Source: a virus. Taken from it: 64,000 bases of DNA. The notes under the pieces were generated by a model. It was not told where the DNA came from, did no database searches, and saw only the letters and a program-made list of their open reading frames with translations. This document shows, piece by piece, positions 18,301 through 27,042 of the stretch. The position numbers were made by a program, and so were the translations under genes. The stretch spans positions 307 through 64,306 of the IMG/VR virus record IMGVR_UViG_3300049063_000065; one strand, given 5' to 3'. The first letter of the stretch is position 1. Each line of letters begins with the position of its first letter.

Positions 18301-20095
18301 GGAAGTTGAATACGGTCAACTGCGCGAACGGATCGAAGACGCGCTCAATGCCGCTACCGATGAGAGGTTTCGGGATTCGTTGCAGCAGTTGGCGCTTGAT
18401 CAAGAGACGCTCAATAAACGTATCCGGGCTGCGACTGCTAACAGGAAAGCAGACGAGCTTGAGGAGCTGCGGATCGCGCGAGATCGTAACCAGACGCAGA
18501 TTGAAGCTATTCAGGGAATTATCAGGCAAGAACGAGCACTAAATCGACTCACGGCGGTTCAGGATGTTGTTAACAAGGCACAACAACGACAATCAAACCT
18601 TGAGGATCAGATTACTAACGACGTCGAACTTCGAGGGTTGACTGAAGAACAGGCAGTTAAGCGACGACTAGCGGGCGAGCGCGAGCTTCGCGAGGAGCTT
18701 ATCCGGCAGCGGGACAGCGTCGAAGCAGTAGCGCTGGCCCTCTTCGATGCTGGTCGCACGGTGCCGACGGCGCTGACTGAATTCATAGCTCAGACAGATA
18801 TTGCTATTGATCGCCTTGGAAAGCTTAGTTTTGCCGAACAATTTCGACTGGCCGAGAAGGAGTTCACTCGGTTAAACGATTTGCGACTACAAAAGATCGC
18901 CGACGTGGAGCGCGCGGTGCGAAATCGAGACATCGCTGAAGCCGAGGGGCTGCTGCTTATTCGACGGATTAATGGGCAGTATGTTGGCGATCTAGAACGA
19001 CAACTTGCCCTCCTTAAGTCCATCGCCGAGGCCAGTAATGATCAAGCGCTGCAACAGCAGGCTCAGAGTGCGGCGGAAACAACAAAGGACGCAGCGGATT
19101 CCCTCGCGTCACTTAATCGACAGATTCGCGCCACTTCCATTGACGCCCTTCAGGATAGCCTCACTAACTTCCTGATTGATCTCACCGACCGAACGAAGAC
19201 AGCAAAGGAAAAGCTGCTGGGATTTGTCAACTCACTTGCTGCCAGCGTGAACCGCGTCATTGCGGAAAACCTCAGTCGTAAGTTTGTCGAGTCCCTGTTC
19301 GGTACAGGGGGTATAGATGGTGGCGGTATCATTGCCGGTATTAAGCGACTGTTCGGCTTCGGTGATAAAGGAAAGGGAAGTATTGGCGGCGCTGGGTCCA
19401 TCGTAGGCGGAGCAGTTGAAGGCGCAGGCTTACAGACGGCGGCAGCCTCGGCAGCGGTCACGCTTCAGACCGGCGCGACCACAGCAGCGACAACTACTGT
19501 AGGCTCTGGAGTTACTTTTGCTACGACGGTTGCCTCTGCCGCCAGCGCTTTTGCGGCCATTGTCACCACGGCAGCTACGGCGGTCGCGACGGCCCTGGCA
19601 GCGTCGTCTGCGGTTAGTGGCGCAGGGGGCGGACTAGGAACCGCTCTGGGCGCTGCGGCTACCGGCGATATTCTCCCGGCTCAGCCCGGTGGGCGGATTG
19701 TCAGAGTCGCCGAAGGTGGACATGCCGAAGCGGTGCTCACTACCGATCCGCGCCACGTAACCCGGCAGGCTCGTCTTCTCTCTCGGTTCCTGCGTATGAC
19801 AAAGGGACTACAGGGCCGCTTCCCGGTGCCGGAGATGGCATCAGGAGGGCTAGTAACCCCCTTGCAAGCTGAAGCTAACGTGCTGGGAAGTATCAGCCGC
19901 ACGCCGTTGAGCACTGGAGACGTTGGTAATCTGCCATTAGCAGCAGCGGGTGGTGGATCGATGCGATTGCGACAGGTGTTGGTGGATCAGCGTAACTACC
20001 GCGACTGGCTGACGAGTTCCGAGGGTGAGCAGGTGATTGTCGATTTGCTGTATCGGAATCAGCCGGTGATTCGGAAACTAGGAGGGAACAAGTGA
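15353..20095 (+). CDS. Tail tape measure protein
   Basis: 1580 aa, Ala/Gln/Glu-rich helical; tape-measure motif LGQLAAKGKVLSQDLRPI; TM-like segments. Confidence 0.92.
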   Translation: MADNQTTLTINIDTLLRGLEKTLRGLKQVEQQLKRTAGLAGGTQAATGINRASAATQRLQLQQQRAAISAQRLAQQQQALGIRAQQLSNAQTRATQTTQRLQLAQQRLNTAAATTSRQLGQQADAHVKTFRAIERAGQQATQRILGVGNALRSVGQGLASLGATLSVTITAPLAAVGAASVDAAVRMDSLKRGLAAIVGSTDEANRQLARLTQIAKLPGIGFEEAIQGSIRLQAVGFSAKEAETSLRQFANAVALTGGGRDELNRITVQLGQLAAKGKVLSQDLRPIIESAPAVGRALLQAFGTVNADDIQDLGLTTKQFLGILTDELERLPRAAAGAKNSFENFRDEVFRAAAAVGEALLPSLIRLVEVVGPIITRLAEGFARLPGPVRAVVIGVGLLLAALGPVAFVVGQLTLGVGRLLVGLIELNVAGIIPSIAAMRAYAVAALNAAAASNTFTASLAIGGGLGLFVATLAAGAAAIAIYNAFQKDAITISKEHAEKINDEVKALEEQAKFLGGLEAGVERTADEQQRLSDIYDKLNTQAKIRVSGITDEEKRLIALRAELEKVIELRGQERIQQAANVAAQIAASAAIVAANEQGRLSIAGRIAANNALVETLEREGRITDVTRRELERLGQSTSVDVVRAIQNLQEQSARLVDRQEELSDNTKETREEMSDYLATLRVLDPQHHLTARQLLILAKNMGRFKGDVEQMVPVLEAYIKKTDEATKSTDAFNRSLSENERQLNAAGDKAERAAKARQELIQSAAAVARETSVDFEGALKSLRQMIEAVPELRQTVERERQLQGKSLADFLHDQLETAFKGRAKDKSGTTLRNAQEQLAKTLAEVALASAEQQGIIEKQKNDRLLQENENAFRLNLRSLHLYLSQRAALLKDNLQLEINDQKALVDAAIAEQQRFLARAGQAGIPATEKIKAQAGAKTAEEKAIKAQTKILELTDKQRQADAEASQELAEHSRRQQADLRQLEVEYGQLRERIEDALNAATDERFRDSLQQLALDQETLNKRIRAATANRKADELEELRIARDRNQTQIEAIQGIIRQERALNRLTAVQDVVNKAQQRQSNLEDQITNDVELRGLTEEQAVKRRLAGERELREELIRQRDSVEAVALALFDAGRTVPTALTEFIAQTDIAIDRLGKLSFAEQFRLAEKEFTRLNDLRLQKIADVERAVRNRDIAEAEGLLLIRRINGQYVGDLERQLALLKSIAEASNDQALQQQAQSAAETTKDAADSLASLNRQIRATSIDALQDSLTNFLIDLTDRTKTAKEKLLGFVNSLAASVNRVIAENLSRKFVESLFGTGGIDGGGIIAGIKRLFGFGDKGKGSIGGAGSIVGGAVEGAGLQTAAASAAVTLQTGATTAATTTVGSGVTFATTVASAASAFAAIVTTAATAVATALAASSAVSGAGGGLGTALGAAATGDILPAQPGGRIVRVAEGGHAEAVLTTDPRHVTRQARLLSRFLRMTKGLQGRFPVPEMASGGLVTPLQAEANVLGSISRTPLSTGDVGNLPLAAAGGGSMRLRQVLVDQRNYRDWLTSSEGEQVIVDLLYRNQPVIRKLGGNK

Positions 20096-20304
20096 AAGCC
20101 TGTTTTATAGGTGTCACCTTAGTCGTCACGCCCGAGAACGACAAAGAACGGGAGGAGCTTAAGTATTACGGAACGGGCCATCTCTGGGAGTGCTATGGAA
20201 TTGGCACTGACGGCTCACTGTCTGTCCAGCCCATGTGTCCAGTCGGACTGCAAGATTCGGAAATCATGGAACATATTCGATTCATGTTGGAGGTTCAGGA
20301 ATGA
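20092..20304 (+). CDS. Hypothetical protein
   Basis: Coupled on both sides by 4-nt overlaps. Confidence 0.5.
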   Translation: MKACFIGVTLVVTPENDKEREELKYYGTGHLWECYGIGTDGSLSVQPMCPVGLQDSEIMEHIRFMLEVQE

Positions 20305-20720
20305 GCGGTTGGGCCTCGTACAATATGGCCGAGGAGATTCTGAACTTCTACTATCGCGGCATTGCGATCTCCATCGGCGGCTCGCTGTACCTTCGTCTGC
20401 TCGTTGAACCGTCGTCACGCTCAGGCGGCGGCACTGAGACTGATTATGGCGGCTACGCCCGCAAGGAACTCCCACGCGACACGGCAACTATCTTCACTAC
20501 TGCACCCGCTAATGGGCGATTAACCAATGGCGTCATTATCGCAATGGACACCGTGCCGACCACGGTAGGGAATGGCAGTTTGACCGCTTTCGACATCGTG
20601 GATACCCCGAGCGGAGCGTTCAGTAAGATCTACAACGGCGGGCCTATAGTTCCCGCGAGAGCGGTAATAGTCGGGAAGGCGATCAAGTTCCGCGCCGGGG
20701 CGCTCATCTTCACTTTTTGA
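20301..20720 (+). CDS. Minor tail / structural protein
   Basis: LYLRLL..PS..GGGTETDYGGYAR pattern typical of small phage tail proteins; ATG 20301 after ggagg. Confidence 0.65.
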   Translation: MSGWASYNMAEEILNFYYRGIAISIGGSLYLRLLVEPSSRSGGGTETDYGGYARKELPRDTATIFTTAPANGRLTNGVIIAMDTVPTTVGNGSLTAFDIVDTPSGAFSKIYNGGPIVPARAVIVGKAIKFRAGALIFTF

Positions 20721-20721
20721 A

Positions 20722-21507
20722 ATGATTACTGACTTCCTCTATAGATTCAGCGCCGGTTCCGCGGCTCACCGTTTCGTCAAGGGAGTGTTTCACGTGGAAC
20801 ATCTGGGCGAGGACTACGAACCCGTGCAGGTCACGCACACCCTGCCCACGTGGTCGAATGAGCCGCAAGACGCCGAGATCGATGTAACGATTCACGAGGC
20901 AGTGGAACTAGCCGAGATCCTACTGACCCCGCCGCCCTATCCGATCATTCTCGACATCTACGAATACGACCACGACACCGCGACTATTACTTCCTACTAT
21001 CGTGGTTGGGTGGTGCGCTGCCAGTTCTCGCTCACTGAATCGCTTATCGTCCTGCACTTGAAGACAGTGTGGCACTTCTTCGAGCGGGAGTCGTTAACTG
21101 ATTCACTGAGCGCTCTCTCACGTTATTTGATCTACGATCCTCGCTCCGGCGTTGATACATCGGCACTGGCAGCAGCTATCTCCGTGACGGCGCTCAATGA
21201 CCAGCGTGACGTGCTCACGGTGACAGGGATTACTGAACTCGATAACTACTTCACAGGCGGGTTTATCGAAGCGCCGAATCTCGACAAGCGCACTATTTTG
21301 AGTCAGATCGGCGGCACGTTAACTCTGAATGGCGGCTTCCCGCGTTTCACTCTCGACACGGGATTCAACGCTACCATCTACCCCGGCGACGATCTCCTCT
21401 ATGCCACATGGGCCAATAAGTTCCAGGCGCTTACAAACAACGGTGAAAAGTGGGGCGGGTGGGAATACACACCGAATGTAGATCCGGCAGTGAAGGGAGT
21501 GACGTAG
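20722..21507 (+). CDS. Tail hub protein (BR0599/gpL-like)
   Basis: LIYDPRSGV, NYFTGG, IYPGDD...NKF...NNGEKWGGWEYTPNVDP resemble the BR0599 family C-terminus. Confidence 0.65.
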   Translation: MITDFLYRFSAGSAAHRFVKGVFHVEHLGEDYEPVQVTHTLPTWSNEPQDAEIDVTIHEAVELAEILLTPPPYPIILDIYEYDHDTATITSYYRGWVVRCQFSLTESLIVLHLKTVWHFFERESLTDSLSALSRYLIYDPRSGVDTSALAAAISVTALNDQRDVLTVTGITELDNYFTGGFIEAPNLDKRTILSQIGGTLTLNGGFPRFTLDTGFNATIYPGDDLLYATWANKFQALTNNGEKWGGWEYTPNVDPAVKGVT

Positions 21508-24500
21508 ATGTTCTGGCAACTGGCCCTTCTCTCCGCGCAGATGATTCTCGGCGAGGTGACTCGTCAGCGCCCGAAGCGCATTTCGTTCAAGGAGTTCATT
21601 GATAATAACGAGCCGAGTGAGGTGCGTCCTATCGTCTACGCGGGCGGCACGATCGAACTCACTCCCTCACGTCAATGGTACGGCGACTTCCTGCAACGGG
21701 CGGTAGAACGTGACTCCCAGTGGACTGATTACCTGTTCATGGGCGGGCTGGCGTTCCTGCTCGACGCGATCACGGTTGCCTACCGCTCCTATATTGGCGA
21801 GATGTTCCCTTTGTGCTACGGCCCAGACGTACATATTGAGCGGGTAACGATTGATGATCGCGTGGTCTATCAGGCGACACCGGGGACGGATAACTCAGGC
21901 GGAGGGTTTCTAATCGACGACCCGCAGGCGTGGGGTGGAGATCAACCACCGGGCAGTGGCGGGGAGTATGCGTGGTGCGATATTACGCGCGGGAATTACA
22001 GCGATGGCGCGAATACTTATCTCGAATCGCTACTGGCTGAGCCACCGAATAAGACGCCGTCATTGCGCGGAGTATCAGCACTAGTCAAACGCGGTCCATC
22101 GGGATTCACCGAATCAGGGTACTTCGCTGCTGGTGGAGTCGGGACGATTCCGAAACTGAAAGTATGGAAGGTGACGATTCGCCGCCAGCCCGACAACCTC
22201 GCCACAGGGTTCCATAAAGTCGGGCGGCACATGAATCCGATGGAGACTATCTACGAATGGTCTACGTCGCTGGAGTATGGGGCGCGCGTGCCGCTGGAGG
22301 AGTTGAATCTCGATAGTTGGCGCTCAGCGGCAGAAGACTTGCATACCGAGGGTAATGGCTGGTCAGGACGGATTGAGGCCGCTACTTCTCCGCAAGCGGT
22401 GATTGACGACGTGCTGGCGCAGATCGACGGCATTCTCGATCCCTCACCGTCACTCGGTCTCACTATGCGGCTGATTCGTCGCGACTACTCCTTCGGCTCC
22501 CTGCGCGTATTGAACCGCGACAATATCACGCGCGTCGAGCGCTTTGCACCGGGTACTTACGAGGATACGAAGAATCAAATCCGTGTCGAGTATCCCGATC
22601 AAGACAACAACTTCGAGCAACGTCCGGCTATCTACACCGACCCTGCCAATCAGCAGATCCAGGGCCGACTGGTGCCGGAGACGAAGTCCTTTCTCGGCGT
22701 AGCGGATGCTGAACAAGCTAACGTCATCGCCACGAGGGATGGACGGGCCATTGCACTCCCTCGCGCACCATTGGAATGCTTCGTCTTCCCTTCCTTCGGT
22801 CGTCTCACCTACCGTGGTGAGGTGGTGTTGTTCGAGTGGGAATCGCCATCGTTCTCTATCGTCATGCGCGTCCTCGCGATTACGCCTAACGGTCCTGAAG
22901 AGAAGGATTACCGCCTGGTATTGATCGAGGACCAGTTCTCCACCGGGTTGCGCACCTTTGGCGAACCTGACGGGACGAGGCACGAAGATCCAGGGACGGG
23001 GTTGGATACCGCGCCGCCGAGCGCAACGTGGAATGAGGCTGACTTCGCGCCTGACGGGCTAACTCTTACTCTACTGCTGGACAACACGAATCAGTTCATT
23101 CCAACTATCGAGGGAGGGATTGTCTTCGGCTCGTACGCGCCGGGTGGACAGTATGCGCGGATCTACGCAACTGAACCGGGCGGCGCGCAGACTCTCTCCC
23201 CTGCGAGGCTAGTACCGGACGCCAACAACGAGGCAACTTTCCGCTGGCCCGCGAACGGCGAAGGGAATTACGAGTTCTGCGTGCAGACGTACTCACTGCG
23301 GGGAGTGACGAACGGAGTGAAGGTTTGCGTGGATATCGACGTAGGAGTAATTGGCGCGCCGTCAGTCAGTCCGTCGGCGTCGATTTCTCCCTCGTCGTCG
23401 GTATCGGCTTCTTCGTCCCCTTCACCATCGCGCTCAGCCAGCGCATCGGTCAGCCCTAGCGCGAGCACTAGCCCTAGCTCCAGCGTAAGTCCGAGCAGTG
23501 GTCCAAGTCCGTCGTCGTCAATTTCTCCATCACCATCCGCATCTGCTTCGCCGTCGTCTTCCGTGAGCGCAAGCGACAGTTCCAGTCCGTCCTCATCGGC
23601 ATCGCCCAGTCCCGGCGGCGGCTCACCCGACACTGGTAACATTGTCTTTATGGACAGCGCTGACATGCAGCCGACCAGTGGCACGGCGACGTGGTGGGAT
23701 GGTACTACGTCGTCGGGCATGCTGATCACGTCAGGTGTTTCAGGAGCGCATGATCGAGTGTGGCAATCGTCCAATAGCGGGCGACAGATTAAGACCTTGC
23801 CGTCGACATACAGCACGCTTTCAGGTCGCGCGCGATTCCGAATCACAACAGACGCGACCAAAGGCATCCTCAGATTGTACACACCAGCAGGGGACGAACA
23901 TCTCTCAGTAGAGTACGTGGCGGGCGGTAACTTTCGTTACGTGAACGGTTCAACCCAGCGCGCAATCAGCACGGGTGGTCACATCTCCCTGAATCACTGG
24001 TATGAAATCGAAGCCGTGTTGTTTATTCACGACACAATCGGCACGGTGACAGGTAATCTTTATGATAGCGAAGGAGCGGGCACGGGCGATCTTTTGGAAA
24101 CACTTCTCTTTGGGCCGGGGGACACTAGGGATGGATCAAGCACGGCCAACAGCGCCCTATTCGGTGCCGCTGATCAAATGGAAGACTTGGCAGTTGATTC
24201 CACTGGAGAACTATATGGTCCATCGCGTATTGAAGTATTGTCGCCGAGCGGCGCGGGCAACTACACCCAGCTATCGCGGACGGGAGCCGTAAACACTGGC
24301 GCAAACTTCTCGCAGGTTAACGAGCTGCCGTTTGTGGTCAGCAGTGGCGCTGGTGGCAGTGTTACTTCGACTGGCTCCAATCAGCGAGATAGCTATGCGT
24401 TTGCGAATCGAAGTATTGTCGGAACACCGCGATGCATAGGAGTTCACGCTGCCGTGGTTCGCGCAGTTACCGGCACCTTTACCTTCAAACTGTTCGTTCG

Positions 24501-24705
24501 CGTAGACGGCGTAGACTACGACTCTGCGACCACGTTCACCGCAGCGAGTATAACCGCCATTCATAGCGTCTACCTGCAAAACAATCCAGCGACGGGTAAC
24601 GCATGGACCGACAGCGAGATCGACGGCTCGGAGTTTGGCATTCTCTGTATCGATACGAGTGTGGCAATGAAAGCGATAGCGGTTCAGGTGTTTGTGCAGC
24701 TATAA
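21508..24705 (+). CDS. Tail tip / host-specificity protein with internal 85-aa (Ser-X)n linker
   Basis: Phage-tail_3-like core (NPMETIYE, MRLIRRDY, NQIRVEYPD); Ser tract 23359-23613; C-terminal beta-sandwich region. Confidence 0.8.
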   Translation: MFWQLALLSAQMILGEVTRQRPKRISFKEFIDNNEPSEVRPIVYAGGTIELTPSRQWYGDFLQRAVERDSQWTDYLFMGGLAFLLDAITVAYRSYIGEMFPLCYGPDVHIERVTIDDRVVYQATPGTDNSGGGFLIDDPQAWGGDQPPGSGGEYAWCDITRGNYSDGANTYLESLLAEPPNKTPSLRGVSALVKRGPSGFTESGYFAAGGVGTIPKLKVWKVTIRRQPDNLATGFHKVGRHMNPMETIYEWSTSLEYGARVPLEELNLDSWRSAAEDLHTEGNGWSGRIEAATSPQAVIDDVLAQIDGILDPSPSLGLTMRLIRRDYSFGSLRVLNRDNITRVERFAPGTYEDTKNQIRVEYPDQDNNFEQRPAIYTDPANQQIQGRLVPETKSFLGVADAEQANVIATRDGRAIALPRAPLECFVFPSFGRLTYRGEVVLFEWESPSFSIVMRVLAITPNGPEEKDYRLVLIEDQFSTGLRTFGEPDGTRHEDPGTGLDTAPPSATWNEADFAPDGLTLTLLLDNTNQFIPTIEGGIVFGSYAPGGQYARIYATEPGGAQTLSPARLVPDANNEATFRWPANGEGNYEFCVQTYSLRGVTNGVKVCVDIDVGVIGAPSVSPSASISPSSSVSASSSPSPSRSASASVSPSASTSPSSSVSPSSGPSPSSSISPSPSASASPSSSVSASDSSSPSSSASPSPGGGSPDTGNIVFMDSADMQPTSGTATWWDGTTSSGMLITSGVSGAHDRVWQSSNSGRQIKTLPSTYSTLSGRARFRITTDATKGILRLYTPAGDEHLSVEYVAGGNFRYVNGSTQRAISTGGHISLNHWYEIEAVLFIHDTIGTVTGNLYDSEGAGTGDLLETLLFGPGDTRDGSSTANSALFGAADQMEDLAVDSTGELYGPSRIEVLSPSGAGNYTQLSRTGAVNTGANFSQVNELPFVVSSGAGGSVTSTGSNQRDSYAFANRSIVGTPRCIGVHAAVVRAVTGTFTFKLFVRVDGVDYDSATTFTAASITAIHSVYLQNNPATGNAWTDSEIDGSEFGILCIDTSVAMKAIAVQVFVQL

Positions 24706-24723
24706 GAGAGGGAACGGCGACAG

Positions 24724-26961
24724 TTGGCAACCTTCGAGGAAACAGTTCTAGCGCTCAACCCGGTCCTCTTCTGGCGCTGCAAGGATCTAGCCGGTAGTCA
24801 AATCACCGACTACTCCGGTAATGACTTCCACGGAGACGCCGGTCCTGTCCTACTAGGCCAGCAATCAGCAGTGGAGACTGACCCGGCAGCGCGTAGCGTC
24901 TATATCCCTAACGGGTTTGCTAATAATATCTGCGAAATAGCCGTTCCGCCCGCCGAGTTGCTATTCACGGGCAATTTCACTATCGCGTGCTTTGTGCGGC
25001 ATCAATCGTCATCGGGGTTTAAGTATCTCTTTGCGCGCGGTGGCGGCGCTGGCAGTCCAGGGGATGGCTTGCATTTTCTCACCACCGGCCTTGCCACTCG
25101 CACGCTGCATTGTTGGTTCGTTACGACAGACGGCATAACTAATACTTCAAATCAAGTCAGCGCCTCAGTCAGCCACCTCAACGACGTTGACTATTTCGCC
25201 GTCGTGACGCGCAACGCCGATGTAGTGACGCTGTATCTCAACGCGGAAGTTGTGGGCCAGGATTCAGGATTAAGTATCGACCCGCTGGAGATAGACGGCA
25301 GCGACAGGATTACGTTTGGCTCGGGAGCGAATAACCTTGGACCACTCAAAGGGTGGGCCTCGGAGTTAATGATCTTCGACTATGCGCTTACCGAAACCCA
25401 GCAGCGGGAAGTATACGAGTCGGCGCTCAACGTCATCTTCCTCAATGGCAGGAGTGACGCTAACCCGACTGCAATCCTACGCTCCAATTTCGACCCTGAT
25501 CCAGTCAGTTACCCGTGGCGACACAATTGGACCGAGATACTGACCGAGCGAATCGCCTTCCGCAGCGCAATCTCGCAGGCAGTCACCGGAAGCGAGGAAG
25601 CGACAGGAGAGAGGTTAACGCCACGCAGGGAGTTGGAGTTTACGCAAGTATTGAAGTCGCAGGCAGAGCGTCGCAAGCTCCGCGCGCTCCTCTGGGCCAA
25701 CCAGCACGCGAAGTGGTTCATCCCCGTGAGACAGTACGCGGAACAATTACTGGAACCATTAGCCACATCGGCCACTGTGACGCCGATCACTACTGCGTAT
25801 AAGGATTACGAGGATGGAAGGTGGATTGGATTTCGCGAAGTGGATGACAGCGGAAACATCACCCACTGGGAAGAGAGGGTGATTACGGCGCTTAATCCGA
25901 ACTCGGTCGAACACGAGCCGCTGGTGAATTCCTACGTCGCTTATCGCTCCTCGTGCTATCCGGTGCGACGCGCGCTGCTTCCGCCTTCACTGAGTATCAA
26001 AGGCCATACCGACATAGTGGAGGAATTGACGATCACCGCGCGTCTCCTCCCTGAAGACGAGGTCGTTCCCCCGAACCGTATTACCGCGTTCATACCAGCG
26101 ATCAAATATCGCGATTACGAGGTATTCGATGGACAGGTATGGCAATCGAACGACTGGTCAGAGGAGCGGGAGTACGAGGTTGAACGCGCGGTGCAGGAGA
26201 TGGATTTCGATACTGGGTTGATTAGGCGCGAGTCGGACACGCCGGGAGCCAGTGAGGTGTTCAGTTATCGCATGGTGCTGGATGGCCACGAGAACATTGC
26301 GCAGTTCCTCGGCTGGTTCTACGAGCGACGCGGAGCACTCGCCTATCTCTGGGTGCCGACAGCGCAAGATGACTTTGAGGTGCTTTCATCTAACACCGGC
26401 GAGCATCAGATCACGGTGCGCGATACTAATTACAGCGATGCGTTTGCACTGGCTAAGGGACGGCGGGATTTAGCCTTCGTCTATTGGGACGGGTCGATGA
26501 GGTTTCGACGAGTGATCGCTTTCGAGGGCACGGTGAATGAGACGTTGACACTGGACGCAACTCTGCCCTCATTCGTCAACTTGCGCTTCGTCTCCCTGCT
26601 GAAGTTCTGTCGTTTAGATGCTGATCAACTGGAACTCGCATGGCACACCGACAACAAGGTAGTGGCGGCGTGGCGCTTTCGAGAATTACTGACTACACCT
26701 GAAGGGACTGGACGATCTTCTCTAAGTCCGTCAGCCTCGATGAGCGTATCTCTATCGCCAAGCTCGTCGCCTTCCCCGTCCAGTAGTATCTCGCTTAGTC
26801 GTTCCCCGTCAGCATCTCCATCACCCTCGGCGTCAGAGAGTCCGTCGAGCAGTCAGTCGCCTTCGTCGAGCGAATCGGGTTCACAATCACCCAGCAGTAG
26901 CGTGAGTCGCTCGCCAAGTAGTAGTACGTCGCCGTCTTCATCGCCTTCTCCGTCAGTGTAA
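24724..26961 (+). CDS. LamG-domain / minor tail fusion protein with 81-aa C-terminal (Ser-X)n tract
   Basis: LNPVLFWR...DYSGNDFHG...TLYLNAE...ELMIFDYALT (LamG). HNW...TPRRELEF and FYERRGALAYLWVP (minor tail). Ser tract 26716-26958. Confidence 0.75.
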   Translation: MATFEETVLALNPVLFWRCKDLAGSQITDYSGNDFHGDAGPVLLGQQSAVETDPAARSVYIPNGFANNICEIAVPPAELLFTGNFTIACFVRHQSSSGFKYLFARGGGAGSPGDGLHFLTTGLATRTLHCWFVTTDGITNTSNQVSASVSHLNDVDYFAVVTRNADVVTLYLNAEVVGQDSGLSIDPLEIDGSDRITFGSGANNLGPLKGWASELMIFDYALTETQQREVYESALNVIFLNGRSDANPTAILRSNFDPDPVSYPWRHNWTEILTERIAFRSAISQAVTGSEEATGERLTPRRELEFTQVLKSQAERRKLRALLWANQHAKWFIPVRQYAEQLLEPLATSATVTPITTAYKDYEDGRWIGFREVDDSGNITHWEERVITALNPNSVEHEPLVNSYVAYRSSCYPVRRALLPPSLSIKGHTDIVEELTITARLLPEDEVVPPNRITAFIPAIKYRDYEVFDGQVWQSNDWSEEREYEVERAVQEMDFDTGLIRRESDTPGASEVFSYRMVLDGHENIAQFLGWFYERRGALAYLWVPTAQDDFEVLSSNTGEHQITVRDTNYSDAFALAKGRRDLAFVYWDGSMRFRRVIAFEGTVNETLTLDATLPSFVNLRFVSLLKFCRLDADQLELAWHTDNKVVAAWRFRELLTTPEGTGRSSLSPSASMSVSLSPSSSPSPSSSISLSRSPSASPSPSASESPSSSQSPSSSESGSQSPSSSVSRSPSSSTSPSSSPSPSV

Positions 26962-27042
26962 CAATTTCGCCACAGGGGAAGAGACGTGTGCGATAATAAT
27001 AGGTCGTGAACTCCAGACCGTAGCCAGCAAGGAATCACTTCT

